Notes: generated by a model not told the origin, from the sequence alone. A stretch of DNA of 32,000 nt from Allocatelliglobosispora scoriae (GCF_014204945.1 NZ_JACHMN010000002.1:974503-1006502); one strand, 5' to 3'. Numbered from the stretch's first letter, positions 15,015 through 24,177 are shown. Program-made: numbers and translations.

Positions 15015-16616
15015 CTAGATGGAGCTCGGCTGGATGTGCCTGGGGTGGTTGAGCCACCAGTAGGCGGCGATCCGGGCCGGTGCAGCGAGCCGCGAGTCGT
15101 CCTTGATCCGCCGCAGTACGCCCTGCTGGCGGGCGATCCCCGCCGCGTAGGCGACGGCGCGGGCGTTGCCGGCGCCGGCCGGGGTCGCGATCATGCCGCA
15201 GAGATCGTTCCAGAACGCGGTCGGCATCCGAGTATCGCTCGGCACGTGGGCGACCGACCAGATGGCGGCGTCGCGGACCGGGGCGGCCACGGTGGGATCC
15301 AGGATCAGCTCCTGTACCGCCTCCCGGCCGAGGTGATCACCGACAGCGGTGAGCGACTGGACCAGGTGCGACGCGAGCACGACGTCCGCGCGGCTGACCG
15401 GCGTGCGCAGCTCGGCGGTGATCACTCGCCCGGCCGATCGGCGGTACGGCGTGGCGGCGAGCATCCGTGCGGCGATCACACGGCGCGAGAAGTGCGGGTG
15501 CAGCAGGGCTTCCTCGACGAGCCAGGAGAGCATGAGATCGTCACCGGGTTGATGATCCGGAACGCATGCGGCGATCATCCGGGTGATCCGATCGACCAGC
15601 GGCTGATGCTGCCGGCTCGTCCGGCCGCTGGTATAGACACTGTGCACCAGCTCATCGCGGGCGATGGCGGGTGCCAGCGCCCGCCGCAGGCTGGTCTCGA
15701 TGTGCGGTGTCCGCCTGAGCAGGTCGGCGGCCGCCATGCGCGCCGGGACGAGACGCTCCTGGGTGAGCAGCGCGGCAGCCTCCCTGGTCAGGATTGCCCG
15801 ATCAGCCGGCGAGAAGTGCCCGCGAGTGACCTTCTCCGCGGCGGTCCACCAGGCGGCCTGCCGCGCCTGTTCGTTGATCGGCCGGACGATGGCGTTGATC
15901 ACGTGCCGGGCGGCCAGGCGGCCGCCCGCGGCCTCCAGGATCGTCATCGGCTCGTTGAACACCTGGTTGGTGGGGTCGCTCACCACCGCGGCGCAGACGG
16001 CGATCAAGTCCGGTGCGAAGGCGCGGTTGCGCAGCAGCCGGTGTGCCGCCTCGTTGCGGTTGATCCAGCCCTGCCCGTCCGAGATGAGCAGCTCCCGGAG
16101 CAGGCGATCGGTGACGGCCGGGATGTGCGGTTTGATCGCTCGGCCCTTGGCCACGACGAGGCCGCAGCTCAAGGCATCCCAGTCGTTTCCCGTCATGAGC
16201 TCCGTGCTGAGTGCTTTCTCCAGCAACTCGTCCACGACCACGGGATCACTGACGGGGCGGGCCATCACCCGCTTTCCGCCGCCGCTATGAATTTCACGAT
16301 AGATGAGATCCGCGGTGGCGGTCAGAATGGCCATCGGTAGGCCAAGCAATTCCTCATACCGGCGGATGACCGCATAACCGGGAGGGTCGACGCCCCGCTC
16401 CCATCGCGATATCTGCGCGCGATCCGCACTCCTCGTGGAACCTCCACCAAGGAATGCTCGGGAGAATTCCCGGGTTCGGTGCATTCCATGACTCGAGTCC
16501 AACAGCCGGTTGGCTCTCAGCAGCCATGCGACGCGCTGGACCCGACCCGGACCATCCGGACCGAAGCTGGTGACGGCAGGGGAGACAGGCCTGCCCCGCA
16601 TTCGCGGCTCGTCCAT
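15015..16616 (-). CDS. Hypothetical protein: N-terminal XRE-like HTH plus ~400-aa alpha-helical (HEAT/ARM-like) solenoid
   Basis: 533 aa. The N-terminus (VAWLLRANRLL...REFSRAF...STRSADRAQISRWERGVDPPGYAVIRRYEELLGLP) resembles HTH_31/XRE. The rest is helix-rich and repetitive, with no P-loop or catalytic motif that I can recognise. Confidence 0.6.
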   Translation of the reverse strand: MDEPRMRGRPVSPAVTSFGPDGPGRVQRVAWLLRANRLLDSSHGMHRTREFSRAFLGGGSTRSADRAQISRWERGVDPPGYAVIRRYEELLGLPMAILTATADLIYREIHSGGGKRVMARPVSDPVVVDELLEKALSTELMTGNDWDALSCGLVVAKGRAIKPHIPAVTDRLLRELLISDGQGWINRNEAAHRLLRNRAFAPDLIAVCAAVVSDPTNQVFNEPMTILEAAGGRLAARHVINAIVRPINEQARQAAWWTAAEKVTRGHFSPADRAILTREAAALLTQERLVPARMAAADLLRRTPHIETSLRRALAPAIARDELVHSVYTSGRTSRQHQPLVDRITRMIAACVPDHQPGDDLMLSWLVEEALLHPHFSRRVIAARMLAATPYRRSAGRVITAELRTPVSRADVVLASHLVQSLTAVGDHLGREAVQELILDPTVAAPVRDAAIWSVAHVPSDTRMPTAFWNDLCGMIATPAGAGNARAVAYAAGIARQQGVLRRIKDDSRLAAPARIAAYWWLNHPRHIQPSSI

Positions 16617-16634
16617 GCTTCGAGGCTATGCGTT

Positions 16635-16644
16635 ATCAATTGAT
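16635..16644. promoter_or_regulatory. Perfect 10-bp palindrome ATCAATTGAT just upstream of the 533-aa gene
   Basis: It lies 19 nt upstream of ATG 16616, in the 222-bp AT-richer divergent region between 16616 and 16839. Confidence 0.25.
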
Positions 16645-16838
16645 CAGTGGCGATATTCGCGGGGGTTGCATGTTGCCAAAAGTTCAACAATTCCCATCGC
16701 GGGTGTACAGGCACGTCGCGAGAACACGCTCCTGCCGCCTGCGGACAGATGCGGCCGAACCTTCAACAAAAGCCTTGTGCCCGCAGCATTTGCCTACCTT
16801 CGAAGTAGAGCCAACCCCACCTATCGACGGAGGTAGCA

Positions 16839-17231
16839 ATGCTCACCGAACTCAGGTCACCGACGTCTGCGAGGCGTCCGGTCGCCCGCCTCGTCGCGGC
16901 GCTGATGATCGTCGCGGCCGGTGCGATGGCACCGTTCGCCCTCAGCGAGCCGGCCGCCGCGGCCGCCTGCAACATCTGGCCCGGCACCAACGAGAACCGC
17001 CCCGGGGCCTTCCTCGGCGCCGGAGTGAACATCCGGACCGGTCCGGGCACCAACTGCGTCGTTCTCGGCGCGGGCTACACCAACCACAGCGTCACCTACC
17101 GCTGCTGGACCTGGGGCGACAACGTCAACGGCACCTCCTCCTGGACGCTGCTGAGGGACAACTCCACCGGCGTCACCGGCTGGGTGAACGACAGCCTGCT
17201 CAGCAACTTCGGCTCCCAGCAGTTCTGCTAG
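16839..17231 (+). CDS. Small secreted bacterial-SH3 (SH3b) domain protein
   Basis: GGAGGT RBS and signal peptide ...LVAALMIVAAGAMAPFALSEPAAA. GVNIRTGPGTNCVVLGAGYTNHSVTYRCWTWGDNVNGTSSWTLLRDNSTGVTGWVNDSLL fits the SH3_3 pattern. Four Cys residues. Confidence 0.75.
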   Translation: MLTELRSPTSARRPVARLVAALMIVAAGAMAPFALSEPAAAAACNIWPGTNENRPGAFLGAGVNIRTGPGTNCVVLGAGYTNHSVTYRCWTWGDNVNGTSSWTLLRDNSTGVTGWVNDSLLSNFGSQQFC

Positions 17232-17244
17232 CCCGGGGACCAGG

Positions 17245-17278
17245 GCGGCGGCGGATCGGGCGACCGACCCGCCGCCGC
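17245..17278 (+). terminator. GC-rich stem-loop after the SH3b gene
   Basis: GCGGCGGCGG (17245-17254) pairs with CCGCCGCCGC (17269-17278). It starts 14 nt after the stop. Confidence 0.5.
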
Positions 17279-17408
17279 TCCACGGGGTTGCCGGACTCGG
17301 CCACATGCCCGACTTCGCCGTGGTGGCCGCGACCGCGCCCGCACGATCGGAGCGGGCGACGGGCCGTGTCGAGGGCGACATCGGCGGACGGTGCCCTAGC
17401 GTGGGGGT

Positions 17409-18704
17409 GTGCGTACCGCCATCGTGTTGTTCACCCGCGACCTGCGGGTGCGCGACAACCCCGCGCTGCATGCCGCCGTGGCCGCCGCCGACCGCGTCGT
17501 GCCGCTCTTCGTCGCCGACCCCGGCCTGCGCGTGCACCCGCACCGGCAGCGCTTCCTCGCCGAGTGCCTCGCCGACCTGCGCGAATCGCTCCGCCAGCGG
17601 GGCGGCGACCTGGTCGTGCGCCGAGGCGATCCGGTGGCCGAGGCGGTGAAGCTCGCCAGGCAGGTCGGCGCGTTCGGCATCGCCGCCTCCGCCGACGTCA
17701 GCGTCTATGCCCGGCGGCGCGAGCGGCGCCTCACCGACGCCTGCGCGGCTGAAGGGATCTCGCTGCGGCTGCACCCCGGGGTGACGATCGTCGAGCCGGG
17801 CGCGGTGCGTCCGTCGACGGGCGGCGACCACTACAAGGTCTTCACGCCCTACTGGCGGGCCTGGCAGCAGGTCACGCCCCGCGAGCGCGCCGCGACGCCG
17901 CGCACGATCGCCCTCCCCGACGGCGTCACCGGCGCCGATCCGCTCACCGTGCTCGGGCCGGTCCCGGCCGCGAACCCGCAGGCCGCGCGGGGCGGCGAGG
18001 CCGAGGCGCTGCGGCGCCTGAAGAGCTTCGATCCATCGGGGTACGCCGACCAGCACGACGACCTGCCCGGTGACGCGACATCGCGCCTGAGTTCCTACCT
18101 GCACTTCGGCTGCGTCTCCCCGCAGGCGGTCGCCTCCACGGTGGAGAACGAGGCGTTCGTCCGGCAGCTGTGCTGGCGGGACTTCTACCACCAGGTGCTG
18201 CACTCGTTCGGCGATCTGCCGTCGAAGGCCTACCGGACCGGTGCGGTCGAGGACTGGCGCACCGACGAGCACGCGCTGGACGCCTGGCGGGAGGGGCAGA
18301 CCGGCATCCCGATCGTCGACGCCGGGATGCGGCAGCTCGCGGCCGAGGGGTTCATGCACAACCGGGCCCGGATGATCACCGCTTCCTATCTGACCAAGCA
18401 GCTCGGGCTGGACTGGCGTGACGGTGCGGCGCACTTCATGCACCTGCTCACCGACGCCGATGTCGCCAACAACTTCGGCAACTGGCAGTGGATCGCGGGG
18501 ACCGGCAACGACACGAAGCCCTACCGGCGGTTCAATCCCCTGCGCCAGGCTGAGCGCTTCGACCCGGACGGCGACTACGTCCGGCGCTACATCCCGGAGC
18601 TCGCCGGTGTCGAGGGCAAGGCCGTGCACCGCCCGTGGCTGCTGAGCGGCGGCCTCTTAGGCACCGTCGACTACGCGAAGCCGCTGATCGACCCGCCCCA
18701 GTGA
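17409..18704 (+). CDS. phr: Deoxyribodipyrimidine photolyase (class I CPD photolyase/cryptochrome family)
   Basis: N-terminal IVLFTRDLRVRDNPAL. The FAD-binding region reads TSRLSSYLHFGCVSP, WRDFYH, TGIPIVDAGMRQL, GFMHNRARM, NNFGNWQW. GTG start. Confidence 0.95.
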   Translation: MRTAIVLFTRDLRVRDNPALHAAVAAADRVVPLFVADPGLRVHPHRQRFLAECLADLRESLRQRGGDLVVRRGDPVAEAVKLARQVGAFGIAASADVSVYARRRERRLTDACAAEGISLRLHPGVTIVEPGAVRPSTGGDHYKVFTPYWRAWQQVTPRERAATPRTIALPDGVTGADPLTVLGPVPAANPQAARGGEAEALRRLKSFDPSGYADQHDDLPGDATSRLSSYLHFGCVSPQAVASTVENEAFVRQLCWRDFYHQVLHSFGDLPSKAYRTGAVEDWRTDEHALDAWREGQTGIPIVDAGMRQLAAEGFMHNRARMITASYLTKQLGLDWRDGAAHFMHLLTDADVANNFGNWQWIAGTGNDTKPYRRFNPLRQAERFDPDGDYVRRYIPELAGVEGKAVHRPWLLSGGLLGTVDYAKPLIDPPQ

Positions 18705-18711
18705 GCAGGAT

Positions 18712-18782
18712 CGCCGCAACTCTTCAAGAGTTGGTGCCTCAGGCCGCCGGGCCTTAGGACCAACTCTTGAAGAGTTGCGGCG
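18712..18782. repeat. Palindromic element, family B, copy 2; bidirectional terminator position between convergent genes
   Basis: CGCCGCAACTCTTCAAGAGTTGGT (18712-18735) and ACCAACTCTTGAAGAGTTGCGGCG (18759-18782) are exact reverse complements. The centre CCTCAGGCC/GGCCTTAGG pairs with one mismatch. Each arm is also self-complementary (CAACTCTT-C/G-AAGAGTTG). Confidence 0.9.
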
Positions 18783-18795
18783 ATCTCGCGCGGAC

Positions 18796-20256
<1,461 letters not shown>

Positions 20257-20286
20257 TCATGAGTTCCTTGGAAGGTAGCGGCTCCA

Positions 20287-20298
20287 GTGATGCATCAC
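20287..20298. promoter_or_regulatory. Perfect 12-bp palindrome GTGATGCATCAC in the S1-protease/Crp divergent promoter region
   Basis: It has GTGA/TCAC half-sites, like CRP boxes but with 4-nt rather than 6-nt spacing. It lies 77 nt upstream of the Crp-family gene start and is a candidate autoregulatory site. Confidence 0.35.
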
Positions 20299-20374
20299 AA
20301 TATGTCAATTTAGTAGATTGATGTGTCCTGCTCCGTCGTCATATACTCCTCTCTCTCCTTCGAGGGGCGACGCT

Positions 20375-21070
20375 ATGAGACGACGACAGCCGGACCGGCG
20401 ACCGTGGCCGGCGGACAGCTTCCTCGCGGAACTCGCCCCCGACGATCTCGAAGCGCTCATCGCCGCGGGCACCACCCGTGTCTACGACCGCCAGGCGGTG
20501 CTGATCGCCGAGGGCGCCACCGATACCGAGGCACACCTGCTGCTCACCGGCTGCGTCCGGGTGGAGGGCCACACGTCGGCCGGATCCAGCACCCTGCTCG
20601 CCATCCGCATCGGCGGCGACATCGTCGGCGAGCTCGCGGCACTGCACGGCAACCCGCGCTCCACGACGGTCGTCGCCGTCACGCGTACGTCGGTGCGGGT
20701 CATCGACGGGCTGCGGTTCCGGGAGATCGTCAACGCCCGCCCGGCGATCGCGGCGGCCATCCAGCGGACCGTCAGCACCAAGCTGCTCGCCGCCACCCGC
20801 TACCGCATCGACGTGGGCTCCTCCTCCGTGCTCGCCCGGGTGGCGCGGGTCCTGCTGCACCTCGGCGAGGTCTACGGGCGGACCACCTCGCCGGGCACCC
20901 TGATCGACCTGCCGCTGAGCCAGCGCGACCTGTCGTCGCTGGTCGGCGCCGCCGAGCCTAGCGTCTACCGGGCCATCACCGACCTGCGCCGCATGGGGGC
21001 GCTCACCACCGGGTACCGCCGGATCGTCATCACCGACCACGCCCGGCTCCACAAGACCGCAGACTCCTGA
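20375..21070 (+). CDS. Crp/Fnr-family transcriptional regulator (cNMP-binding domain plus C-terminal HTH)
   Basis: ATG 20375 with GAGGGG upstream. The beta-roll has a phosphate-binding cassette, GDIVGELAALHGNPRSTTVVA (GEL...RS(T/A) as in CRP). The C-terminal HTH reads SQRDLSSLVGAAEPSVYRAITDLRRMG. Confidence 0.9.
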   Translation: MRRRQPDRRPWPADSFLAELAPDDLEALIAAGTTRVYDRQAVLIAEGATDTEAHLLLTGCVRVEGHTSAGSSTLLAIRIGGDIVGELAALHGNPRSTTVVAVTRTSVRVIDGLRFREIVNARPAIAAAIQRTVSTKLLAATRYRIDVGSSSVLARVARVLLHLGEVYGRTTSPGTLIDLPLSQRDLSSLVGAAEPSVYRAITDLRRMGALTTGYRRIVITDHARLHKTADS

Positions 21071-21113
21071 ACGTGGCCACTTCTCGTCGGCTCCGGCTGA
21101 TAGAAATATCGCT

Positions 21114-22373
21114 ATGAATCCGTGGCTGATCGATCAGGTGGTCACCGATCCCGCGGCCATCGCGTCCTCGGCGGAGTGGGTCGCGGGGCTCGGCCCCCGC
21201 GGTGATCAGTTCGATCCCACGGTCCCGACATACGCGGTGCGGGTGCGGGAGATCGCGCTGCGGGAGCGGACCTGGCTACAGCTCCTGCGCGGGCCCGACG
21301 TGCGGATCGACATCCTGGCGATCCCGGGCAACCTCGCCTGGCACGAGATCAGCGACGGCGCGATCACCGCGCGATTCCCCGGCGTCGGCGGCGGCCGGCG
21401 GCTCCCCCTCGACGACCGGGGACTGCTCGCCTATTACGGCCAGCCGCAGCACTTCCTCTCCTTCGCCATGATCGCCTCATCGGACCGGCCCGGCACCGCC
21501 GACCTCCGGGATCTGCTGCGCCAGGACATCCACGCCGAGCGGCTCGCGACGGCCCGCGCCGCGTTCGCCGACGCGTCGACCGGCGACCCCGCGTCGCTCA
21601 GCGCAGCGCTGACGGCGGCGAAGTCGGCGACCGAGATCGCCTACCAGGCGGTGCGCTCGACCGGTGGCGCCGTCATCGGCGTCTACCGCGGCGACCGGCT
21701 GGAGTACCCCGATCTGTTCGGCCTCGGCCGCAACCCCGCCGACCACGACTCCTACGACCAGGGCGGCTTCTCGCTCTGGTACGAGGTGGTCGAGACCGCG
21801 CCGCAGGAGCCGGTCGGGCTGCAGAACCGGATGGTGATCGTCGCCGACGTCGCCGGCTACAGCCCTCGCCCCGAACCGCTGCAGGAGGAGATCCAGCACC
21901 GGCTGCACCGGCTGATGGCGCAGGTGGTCGCGGATCTGAAAGTACGCGAGGCCGGGGTGCAGCGGCAGCCCACGGGTGACGGCGTCAACGTGGTCCTGCC
22001 CGCGGACATCGACCACAGCACGGTCCTGCCGGTGCTGCTGCGCACGATGAAGACCCGGCTGGCCTACGACAACGCCGGGCACGACGACCAGATGCGGGTC
22101 CGCCTCGCGGTCCACATCGGAATGGTGCGCGTGGCGCCGCTGGGCTTCACCGGTGGCGGACTGGTCACCGCGAGCCGGTTGGTCGACAGCCTCGCACTGC
22201 GCACGGTGCTGCAGACGCGGCCGGAGCTGGAGCTGGCGGCGATCGTCTCCGACGTGGTGCACCACGATGTGGCGATACACGGATTCGCTGGTCTCGACCC
22301 GGCCGGATTCGAGGGCGCCGACGTGACCGTGAAGACGTTCCAGGGCAAGGGCTGGATCTGGGTCGCGGAGTGA
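21114..22373 (+). CDS. Two-domain protein: unknown N-terminal ~235 aa plus C-terminal class-III nucleotidyl-cyclase-like domain
   Basis: Residues ~238-417 align by eye to the CHD fold. VIVADVAGYS corresponds to (V/I)LFADIVGFT (metal Asp D245). QPTGDGVNVVL corresponds to K(T/I)GDA(Y/F)MAVF (D289). RLAVHIGMVRVAPLGFTGGGLVTASRL corresponds to R(I/V)GIH(T/S)GPV..G..G..VN.A(A/S)RL. ADVTVKTFQGKGWIWV corresponds to the ..V.LKGK...V.VY.L tail. The usual Asn of VN is Thr here. Confidence 0.6.
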   Translation: MNPWLIDQVVTDPAAIASSAEWVAGLGPRGDQFDPTVPTYAVRVREIALRERTWLQLLRGPDVRIDILAIPGNLAWHEISDGAITARFPGVGGGRRLPLDDRGLLAYYGQPQHFLSFAMIASSDRPGTADLRDLLRQDIHAERLATARAAFADASTGDPASLSAALTAAKSATEIAYQAVRSTGGAVIGVYRGDRLEYPDLFGLGRNPADHDSYDQGGFSLWYEVVETAPQEPVGLQNRMVIVADVAGYSPRPEPLQEEIQHRLHRLMAQVVADLKVREAGVQRQPTGDGVNVVLPADIDHSTVLPVLLRTMKTRLAYDNAGHDDQMRVRLAVHIGMVRVAPLGFTGGGLVTASRLVDSLALRTVLQTRPELELAAIVSDVVHHDVAIHGFAGLDPAGFEGADVTVKTFQGKGWIWVAE

Positions 22374-22385
22374 CTCGGGGCCGGG

Positions 22386-22820
22386 TCACTGCTCCCGGCG
22401 ATAGAGGCGCAGCGCGACGGAGAGCTCCCCGGCGAGGACCGCGGTGCTCACCTGCCGGGGCAGCTCCGCCCAGCCCACGGCGGACTCCGCCTCGATCCGC
22501 CGGAACGTGCCGTCGGCTTCGGTGACGATCACCTCGATCGACCTGGTCGCCGGCTGCCGAGCGGCCGGCACCTCGTAGACGACCCGCAGGTGCACCAGCA
22601 CCGTGGTCAGCCAGGACACCACGGCCGGCTCCCGGCGCACCCGCCTGCGCAGCGGTTCGCCGCAGAGCTCGTAGGTCGCGGCGAGGGTGGCCGGGAAGTC
22701 CAGCCCGAGCTGCTCGGCGAGAATGCCCGCGATGGTGTGGATGACGCTCTCCCGCTCGGTCGGCGCGGTCCCCGCCGAATCGGTCATGAGCGCAGCCGCA
22801 ACCCCTGTCTCGTCCCGCAT
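22386..22820 (-). CDS. Hypothetical 144-aa protein (no recognisable family)
   Basis: This is the C-terminal part of track ORF 22386..23447. Upstream of 22820 that frame runs through a terminator, a hairpin and promoter-like repeats, so ATG 22820 (alternatively 22787) is taken as the start. The protein begins MRDETGVAAALMTDSAGTAPTERESVIHTIAGILAEQLG... It has good GC3. Confidence 0.55.
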   Translation of the reverse strand: MRDETGVAAALMTDSAGTAPTERESVIHTIAGILAEQLGLDFPATLAATYELCGEPLRRRVRREPAVVSWLTTVLVHLRVVYEVPAARQPATRSIEVIVTEADGTFRRIEAESAVGWAELPRQVSTAVLAGELSVALRLYRREQ

Positions 22821-22864
22821 CAGGCGCCCGGCGAGTAGGCGAGTCGCGACATTGGAAGCTCCAT
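22820..22864 (-). other. Leader ORF (14 codons, MELPMSRLAYSPGA; extendable in frame to ATG 22900) ending in TGATG overlap with the 144-aa gene
   Basis: GGGAGG (22879-22874) lies 9 nt upstream of ATG 22864. Its stop TGA (22822-22820) shares one base with ATG 22820 of the downstream gene, which has no SD of its own. Confidence 0.35.
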
Positions 22865-22900
22865 TTCCCCACGCCTCCCGATAGGCAGACCGGCGGCCAT

Positions 22901-22920
22901 TCTTGCTGCTCACAGCAAGA
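22901..22920 (-). other. Perfect 8-bp stem / 4-nt loop hairpin in the 5' leader (TCTTGCTG-CTCA-CAGCAAGA)
   Basis: Seen directly. It abuts the in-frame upstream ATG at 22900 of the leader ORF. Confidence 0.5.
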
Positions 22921-22939
22921 GTACGGATGTACGAGCCCA

Positions 22940-22960
22940 CAACCTTGCACGAACCTTGCA
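22940..22960 (-). promoter_or_regulatory. Tandem direct repeat (C/G)AACCTTGCA x2 with 11-bp periodicity: candidate SARP box
   Basis: The two units lie at 22940-22949 and 22951-22960; on the gene strand this reads TGCAAGGTT-CG-TGCAAGGTT. It is followed 9 nt and 17 nt later by TACATC and TACTCT (-10-like). A single related copy, GAACCTTGAA, lies at 24448-24457 upstream of the 57-aa/JAB operon. Confidence 0.4.
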
Positions 22961-23090
22961 GGCGGCTCGGAGGCCCTTGAAGGCCCGGATCAGGCACCGT
23001 ACCGTCGAAATTACAAATAGCTTTCCGCACCCCCGCGAATAGCCATTGAGTACCATTCGGAGGTCGTCGTGGAATCACATTCATGAGAGA

Positions 23091-23123
23091 GGGGGAGCGG
23101 CACAGGACCGGTGCCACTCCCCC
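23091..23123 (-). terminator. Stem-loop terminator after the JAB-fusion gene
   Basis: GGGGGAGCGGCAC (23091-23103) pairs with GTGCCACTCCCCC (23111-23123), a 13-bp stem with one mismatch and a 7-nt loop. It lies 18 nt beyond the stop at 23141-23143. Confidence 0.65.
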
Positions 23124-23140
23124 TCCCCGATCCGGGCGGG

Positions 23141-24133
23141 CTACCTCTGCGGGACCTCCGCCGAGCCGTCCCGCCCGTCGCGATCGGCGACGCTGCTCAG
23201 CAGCTCGCTCACGACCGCCAGGCAGCGCCGAGGCGAGTTGTCCCCGCCGCAGTCGACGACCAGATCCGCGCCACCGGCTCGCAACCGGGCCGGTGAGGTG
23301 GGGAAGTCGAGCGGGAAGCTCAGCTCCCACGCCTCGTCGCCGGCGGTGAGGTGATAGGTCAGCGACAGTCCGGTGAGGACCAGCCTGCTGTCCGGGAAGC
23401 AGCGGCGCAGCTCGGCGTCGAAGACACGCAGGAAGCTCGAGCCCCACGGGCTGGCGTGCCAGCCGTCGGGCACCCGGCGAGCGGCGGTGCCGCCCGACTG
23501 GCCGGCCCGGTGGTCCGCACGCTCGACATGCCAGGCCGACCCCGCGCCGGCCGGGTCGGCGATGATGCGGTCGCGGCGGGCCGAGGCGGCGATGGGGCTC
23601 TCCCCCGGCAGCACGACGAACTGCCCCGCGCTGAACCCGCGCCGGTCCCGGTCGAAGAGGTAGGCGTGCAGGGTCACGACGAGGTCGTTTCCAGCCTGGC
23701 GCCGGACCGGTCCCCGGACCTCGGGCCGGCTGACCCGGCGGCGCGCGCCGACCTCGTCGACCCGGATGTTGGCGATGCAGACGAGGAAGCGCTGGAAACC
23801 GTTGGCCTGCAGCGTTCGGTAGACGGTCGACGCGTCGCCGCCGCTGGGCTCGGCGAGGTTGAGCCCGTGGTGCGAGTGCCAGTCCCCGATGTGCTGCAGC
23901 CCGTGCCGTGCCTGCAGCGCTCTGCCCCGCTCGCTCAGGTAGCGCACGTCCTGGAAGAACGCGGCGGTCTCGTGCCGCGCCTGCGGCCCGGGCCCGAGGG
24001 TGAGCTGCACCGCCGGGGAGCCGCTGTGCGTCCAGAACCCGAAGAGGTCGCCCCCGGTCTCGCGGTCCGGGTACTCCAGCACCCAGTCGGCGATCTCCTC
24101 CAGATCCTGCTCGTAGACCATCACCCGGAACAC
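23141..24133 (-). CDS. JAB/MPN (JAMM-type) metallopeptidase fused to an uncharacterised C-terminal domain (possibly UBC/RWD-like)
   Basis: N-terminal active-site Glu context RETGGDLFGFW (E25). The metal motif is DWHSHHGLNLAEPSGGD, that is H-x-H-x8-S-x2-D, one residue longer than canonical JAMM. C-terminal residues ~222-316 read FLRVFDAELRRCFPDSRLVLTGLSLTYHLTAGDEAWELSFPLDFPTSPARLRAGGADLVVDCGG. The start is GTG 24133 or ATG 24121. Confidence 0.8.
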   Translation of the reverse strand: MFRVMVYEQDLEEIADWVLEYPDRETGGDLFGFWTHSGSPAVQLTLGPGPQARHETAAFFQDVRYLSERGRALQARHGLQHIGDWHSHHGLNLAEPSGGDASTVYRTLQANGFQRFLVCIANIRVDEVGARRRVSRPEVRGPVRRQAGNDLVVTLHAYLFDRDRRGFSAGQFVVLPGESPIAASARRDRIIADPAGAGSAWHVERADHRAGQSGGTAARRVPDGWHASPWGSSFLRVFDAELRRCFPDSRLVLTGLSLTYHLTAGDEAWELSFPLDFPTSPARLRAGGADLVVDCGGDNSPRRCLAVVSELLSSVADRDGRDGSAEVPQR

Positions 24134-24177
24134 GCCGCCACCACCTCGGCCAGGGTGGGCTGCAGCAGGTCGCTCAT
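24121..24177 (-). other. 18-codon bridging ORF (MSDLLQPTLAEVVAACSG) overlapping both neighbours (ATGA upstream, TGATG downstream)
   Basis: ATG 24177-24175 overlaps the TGA (24176-24174) of the 57-aa gene. Its own TGA (24123-24121) overlaps ATG 24121-24119 in the JAB frame. I read this directly from the sequence. Confidence 0.3.

Noticed and set aside
22386-23447. 353-aa ORF read as one protein
   Set aside because: The N-terminal ~209 aa are translated from a region containing the JAB gene's 3' end in another frame, its terminator hairpin, AT-richer promoter-like repeats and another hairpin. Only the last 144 aa have coding character.
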